Of a DNA stretch of 28,930 nucleotides, positions 24,773 to 28,930 are shown piece by piece. Numbering within the stretch: position 1 is the first letter of the stretch; the number at the start of each line of letters is the position of its first letter. The notes under the pieces were generated by a model. It was not told where the DNA came from, ran no database searches, and was given only the letters and a program-made list of their open reading frames with translations. A program made the position numbers and the translations under genes. The DNA is from Minisyncoccota bacterium (GTDB lineage Bacteria > Patescibacteriota > Minisyncoccia > Minisyncoccales > GCA-002788555): NCBI GenBank assembly GCA_028697615.1, contig JAQVET010000001.1:1-28930 (forward strand), in the 5' to 3' direction.

Positions 24773-25835
24773 GATATTTGTTGAGGTCGGTATTTCTTGT
24801 AGTAAATTCAACAGATTTCAGCTCACGCGTTTCATCTACACCAGAGGAAGAATCTAATCGAAGTTCCCTAATAGAATTCCTTATTTTCACTATTGCTTGT
24901 TTATATTCATTATAGGCGTTAGAAATCATTATCTGTCCACGAGCAATTTTATTTTCTAAGATGTCATCCATAACATCTAAGTTTTTTGAAATAACCATCA
25001 AATGACTTTGTAGATGCTCCATATCTATAGAAATACTATATTGTGAGTAAAGTTTATACATATAAAGCAAAAGAGGCAAGATCATAGAATAAGGCACCAA
25101 AATCACATCGCTTTCTTTTGCTTTAATATGGGCATCGCTTAAAACACTATAAACTGAATCGGGTAAGGCCATTATTGCTTGAGACCATGTAATTGTAGGA
25201 TCAATATATCCCTTGACCTCTTTAATTCTTTTTATCGCCTCTTTTTCAATTTCTTTTATGATTGCTTTTCTCTTTTCTTGCGACGATTCACTCTCTAATT
25301 TTAATAAAAGATCACCTGCTGGCCATTTTGAATCAATTGGAAGTCTTTTATTATTTGGTAGAATTAATGCAAATTCAACAATCTTCCCTTTTATTTGAAA
25401 ATTAGTTTCTATCATATCGGGAGGGAGTTGTTTAAATGTCTCTCTTAAAATTTCTTCACCAGAAAGTCCTTTACTTGAAGTCCCGGCAATAATTTCATCT
25501 ATTCTCTTTATTCTTTCAATATATTCTGCCTCTTTTTGTTGACGCACTTTTTCTGCTGTTTTTAAATCTTCGATCGATTCACGCGCTTTTTCAACACCAT
25601 CTTTCAAAAAAACTTGAATTTCTCCACTTGAAATAAGTTTTGATTTTATTTCTTGGATATCGCTTGCCTGCTCCATATTAATTTGACTTTGCTGCCCAAG
25701 TTTTTCGCTAATTTGAGAAATATAATTTAAAACATCTTCGGATACACCTTGTTTTTTTTGTTTTGTAATAAAAAAAATAATAATTCCAAAACCTAAAATC
25801 AAAATAGCAATTATAATTAAAAAAATAGGTTCCAT
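24762..25835 (-). CDS. rmuC: RmuC-family DNA recombination protein (PD-(D/E)XK-like domain)
   Basis: N-terminal TM, long coiled coil, G..GE..L, LP....LPIDSKWP, YI.P..T...A.M.LP. Confidence 0.8.
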   Translation of the reverse strand: MEPIFLIIIAILILGFGIIIFFITKQKKQGVSEDVLNYISQISEKLGQQSQINMEQASDIQEIKSKLISSGEIQVFLKDGVEKARESIEDLKTAEKVRQQKEAEYIERIKRIDEIIAGTSSKGLSGEEILRETFKQLPPDMIETNFQIKGKIVEFALILPNNKRLPIDSKWPAGDLLLKLESESSQEKRKAIIKEIEKEAIKRIKEVKGYIDPTITWSQAIMALPDSVYSVLSDAHIKAKESDVILVPYSMILPLLLYMYKLYSQYSISIDMEHLQSHLMVISKNLDVMDDILENKIARGQIMISNAYNEYKQAIVKIRNSIRELRLDSSSGVDETRELKSVEFTTRNTDLNKYLDK

Positions 25836-25930
25836 AATTGAATTAACGAATTAAAAAGTAAAGTATTAAAAAATTGATTATAATTCAAAACTCAAAATGT
25901 AAAACTAAAACTGTGTAAGTCAAAATTAAA

Positions 25931-25957
25931 AAAACTAATAACTTGAAAATTTCGAAC
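25931..25957. repeat. Dispersed 27-bp element, copy 2 (AAAACTAATAACTTGAAAATTTCGAAC)
   Basis: 25/27 identical to 12171-12197. Confidence 0.7.
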
Positions 25958-26004
25958 GCTTTTAATTTCTTATTAATTTTATTTATTATCTATTATATCC
26001 CTAT

Positions 26005-26970
26005 TTATACAAGTTGTAAATATAATTCAAATAAAATAAATAAAATATAGATAAATATTAATATAATTCCTTCTTTTTGAGAGATAAAATTTTTTGTTTT
26101 TGCAAAAAAATAAAAGAAAATAGCAATAATAAAACTAAAAATAATAGTCGATAAAAACGGCGTGATATTTGTAATTTGTATTGGACAAATTAAAACAGTT
26201 AATCCTAAAATTAATGTAGTATTTGCAACCACGGACCCCATCAAATTACCCAAAACCATATCTTTATGGCCCATAATAATTGATTTTACTCCAAAAGTAA
26301 ATTCAGGTAAGTTTGTTCCTAATGCCACAATAAAAAGTCCTATAAAAACTAATGGTAAATTTAAGCTTTCAGCAAAAAAAGTACTTGATTTTACTACACC
26401 TTCGGCTGAAATTAAAAGTAAACAAACACTTATAATGAAAAGTAAAATATCTATAATAAAATTTTTGAAGGCTTTTTTATCTCTTCGAAATCCATTAACA
26501 ATAGTTTTGTCAAAAATTTCTTTTTTTGAAAAACTTTGCCATAAATATAAAATAAAAGCTAAAAGCAATATTATACCATCCGCTCTTCCTAAGCTCCCAT
26601 CTAAAATTAAAAGAATCGGTAAAACTAAAATAAGAGCACATAAAAGTGAATCTTTTTGAGCTATTTTTGATTCTATTTCTAAACCTTTCGCCATCAAGGC
26701 ACCAATCCCCACAAGTAAACTTAAATTAATAATATTTGATCCCATAACATTAGCGAAAGAAAGTTCGGGATGATTGTAAATCGCTGAAGAAATTCCAACA
26801 AAAAGTTCTGGTAGCGACGTACAAAAAGCCATTAATATAAAGGAAGCTATAAACTCTTTCCATTTTAAAAATTGAGAAATTCTACTTAATGTTTTAACAG
26901 TTAAAGATCCTGCTTTAATTAAACAAATACAAGATAAAATAAAAACTATAATCCAAAAATATATAGGCAT
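26005..26970 (-). CDS. Calcium/sodium:cation antiporter (CaCA, YrbG-like)
   Basis: Two alpha repeats (TSLPEL...NVMGSNI and GTNLPE...GNLMGS) and about 10 TM segments. Confidence 0.9.
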   Translation of the reverse strand: MPIYFWIIVFILSCICLIKAGSLTVKTLSRISQFLKWKEFIASFILMAFCTSLPELFVGISSAIYNHPELSFANVMGSNIINLSLLVGIGALMAKGLEIESKIAQKDSLLCALILVLPILLILDGSLGRADGIILLLAFILYLWQSFSKKEIFDKTIVNGFRRDKKAFKNFIIDILLFIISVCLLLISAEGVVKSSTFFAESLNLPLVFIGLFIVALGTNLPEFTFGVKSIIMGHKDMVLGNLMGSVVANTTLILGLTVLICPIQITNITPFLSTIIFSFIIAIFFYFFAKTKNFISQKEGIILIFIYILFILFELYLQLV

Positions 26971-27015
26971 ATAATATATAAATTTTTTTAAAATTTTATT
27001 TTTAAAATTAAAAAA

Positions 27016-28137
27016 TTATTTTATAAAATATACTATCTCATAAATAATGCCGATGACAAAAATTGCTATCAAAAAATATCTTAAAACTCTAAATTTTTGG
27101 GGGTTAACTTTTCTGTGCATTAAAATAATTAAAATCCCATCTATAGCCAAAAGAACACCGCCAAGAATACTTATTATTTGAATAAAATTTTGCACTCCTA
27201 AAAAATAAAGAATTAAAGGTATAAAACAAGTAATTGCCCAGGCAACATTTTTATTTATTTTTAAGTCAAACCAAAAAACTTTCTTTAATGTAAGCCCCAT
27301 AGTAATAAAAGATGTAAAACAAGTTAAAAAACCAAAAAATAAAGATAAATTTAAAATACCCTGTGGCAGAAAATTATTTAAACAAACCATTGCACTTTCG
27401 GTAGTTGCTTTTCCGCAAACTCCCAAAATTATAAAAATAAAAAATAGATAAACAACAATGGGTATTAAAATAGCCAAGGCAACAATCTTTTTTAACTTTT
27501 TTTTATTTCTGTCAAGCATCTCTTCTGCTTCAGGAATCAGGGCAGCACCCCATAAAGAAAATAAGACTGCTCCGTATGGCAGAAAAATATTTTGCGCTGT
27601 TGCCTTTCCGATAAATAAATTATCGACATTTAAATGTGGCACGCTAACAAAAAATAAAACTCCCAAAATTAAAATAAATAAAACCAGTCCCCAAAATTCA
27701 ATTGATGAAACGTACTTGATATCAAAAAATATCAAACCAGCAGCTAAAATAAAAAAAATAATAACCCCCCAAAAAGAATTTTCACCTATTCCAAAAGAAT
27801 TTAAAATTGTATTTAAGAATCCTCCCCCGATGATTAAATAAGACAAAAGAGTACCAATAATCCCAAAAATCGTAGAAAAGAAGGCGATTTTCTCAGCAGT
27901 GCTTCCTAAATGTATTTTTGCAAAACTTGGAAATCTTTTTAAATCAGGTGTCTTAACGCTTACATCAACAAAAAATAGATGTACAATAATTGCCACCAAT
28001 CCTAAAAATAAAAAATAAAAAAGCATTGTCCAAAAGCCAACTTGCAGTGTAATATAGGGCAAAGCGAAAAGACCAACTCCAATAATGGTTCCTGAAATAA
28101 TAGAAATTACTGAAATGGTTTTAGAAAATGATTTCAT
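27016..28137 (-). CDS. Amino acid permease, aromatic amino acid (TyrP/Mtr-like) family
   Basis: GTIIGVGLFALPY N-terminal motif, YGAVLFSLWG, TSF, about 11 TM segments. Confidence 0.8.
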   Translation of the reverse strand: MKSFSKTISVISIISGTIIGVGLFALPYITLQVGFWTMLFYFLFLGLVAIIVHLFFVDVSVKTPDLKRFPSFAKIHLGSTAEKIAFFSTIFGIIGTLLSYLIIGGGFLNTILNSFGIGENSFWGVIIFFILAAGLIFFDIKYVSSIEFWGLVLFILILGVLFFVSVPHLNVDNLFIGKATAQNIFLPYGAVLFSLWGAALIPEAEEMLDRNKKKLKKIVALAILIPIVVYLFFIFIILGVCGKATTESAMVCLNNFLPQGILNLSLFFGFLTCFTSFITMGLTLKKVFWFDLKINKNVAWAITCFIPLILYFLGVQNFIQIISILGGVLLAIDGILIILMHRKVNPQKFRVLRYFLIAIFVIGIIYEIVYFIK

Positions 28138-28195
28138 AAAAGTTATTATCTATAATTAAATTTATTATATTGAAAATTTAAATAATTTATATAAT

Positions 28196-28930
28196 CTATG
28201 TTTTATGCCGAGTAATAAAATACCATTTAGTAGCCTCAATCAAAACTAAATTTATTATTCCTATACCCAAAATTATCAACCAATCATTAAAATTTAGAGG
28301 AGTAGTTTTTAATAAGGTTTGAAGTCCAGGAACATAAATAGCCAAAACAAGCATCAAGAATCCTACCACAAAAGCTCCTAATAAATATTTATTTGAAAAA
28401 GGATTTATATGCCATAAATTTTTTCTTAAGCTTTTACAAGAGAAAACATAAAAAATAGAATCAATTGTAAGACAAGCAAAAATTATTGTTCTAATATAAT
28501 TAATATTATGATTCTGATTCCAAAGCCAAAAAAATAATCCCAAAAGTATTAAATCAGTAATCAATCCAATAATAAAAATAATAGTTTTCATTTCACTCGT
28601 TAGTAAAGAAACATTATGCCCATTTGGTTTCTGTTTCATTAAATCTTTTTCTTTAGGTTCAAAAGCTAAAGCAATATCAGGTAGACCATCTTCTATTAAA
28701 TTTATCCATAAAATTTGTACAGCAGTAATCGGCAAGGGAAGCCCAGCTATTATACTAGTACTAATTAATATTACTTCTGTAAAACTATCCGAAATTAAAT
28801 AGGTAATTACCTTTCTAATATTATCTAAGATAGCCCTTCCTTCCTCTACCGCCGCAACAATAATTGAAAAACTATCATTAAGTAAAATTAAATCAGAGGT
28901 TTCTTTTGCTACTTCAGTACCAGAACCAAG
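28196..28930 (-). CDS. Cation-transporting P-type ATPase (Ca2+-type), 3' part; the frame stays open to the window edge
   Basis: The frame extends beyond the listed ORF: GSGTEVAKETSDLILLNDSFSIIVAAVEEGR..LDNIRK, then QILWINLIEDGLP.IAL.FEP. Confidence 0.9.
   Translation of the reverse strand, partial: LGSGTEVAKETSDLILLNDSFSIIVAAVEEGRAILDNIRKVITYLISDSFTEVILISTSIIAGLPLPITAVQILWINLIEDGLPDIALAFEPKEKDLMKQKPNGHNVSLLTSEMKTIIFIIGLITDLILLGLFFWLWNQNHNINYIRTIIFACLTIDSIFYVFSCKSLRKNLWHINPFSNKYLLGAFVVGFLMLVLAIYVPGLQTLLKTTPLNFNDWLIILGIGIINLVLIEATKWYFITRHKT

Noticed and set aside
24604-27841. Plus-strand ORFs 24604-24915, 25213-25398, 26162-26659 and 27458-27841
   Set aside because: They are antisense to the pilin, rmuC, antiporter and permease. 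The Ile/Lys-rich translations are what the reverse strand of hydrophobic genes gives.
1-28930. Avoidance of GGNCC sites as support for the R-M specificity
   Set aside because: I counted more than 20 GGNCC sites by eye, so there is no depletion in this window. The specificity remains a family-based inference.

Overview
AT-rich bacterial window (roughly 25-30% GC by eye) using the standard genetic code: TGA acts as stop and Trp is TGG. The gene set, A/T-rich translation starts without obvious Shine-Dalgarno motifs, and a type IV pilus cluster with no secretin point to a Patescibacteria (CPR, Parcubacteria-like) chromosome; this placement is inference. There are three blocks. (1) 1-12113, minus strand: a tight run thpR-murC-DegT aminotransferase-FemABX-ftsQ-pilM-pilN-pilO-small PilP-position gene-pilB-pilT-pilC, then tRNA-Gln. 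(2) 12354-23444, plus strand: amrS-amrB-tRNA-Ala, dnaE, an MjaII/TdeIII-like type II R-M pair, thrS, a TRAM-less miaB-like gene and miaA. (3) 23639-28930, minus strand: the 3' end of a P-type ATPase, an amino acid permease, a Ca/Na antiporter, rmuC and two type IV pilins. I found no integrase, transposase, reverse transcriptase or CRISPR array. The most unusual signals are small-scale. The two pilins share a perfectly identical 64-bp N-terminal tract while flanking synonymous sites are diverged. Decayed copies of a gene's own 5' part sit directly upstream of both tRNA-Gln and miaB. PilT has Asp in place of the Walker B catalytic Glu. The leaders of thpR and rmuC share a repeat-rich element. 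None of these is proven to be a new system; all are by-eye observations that need database or experimental checks.
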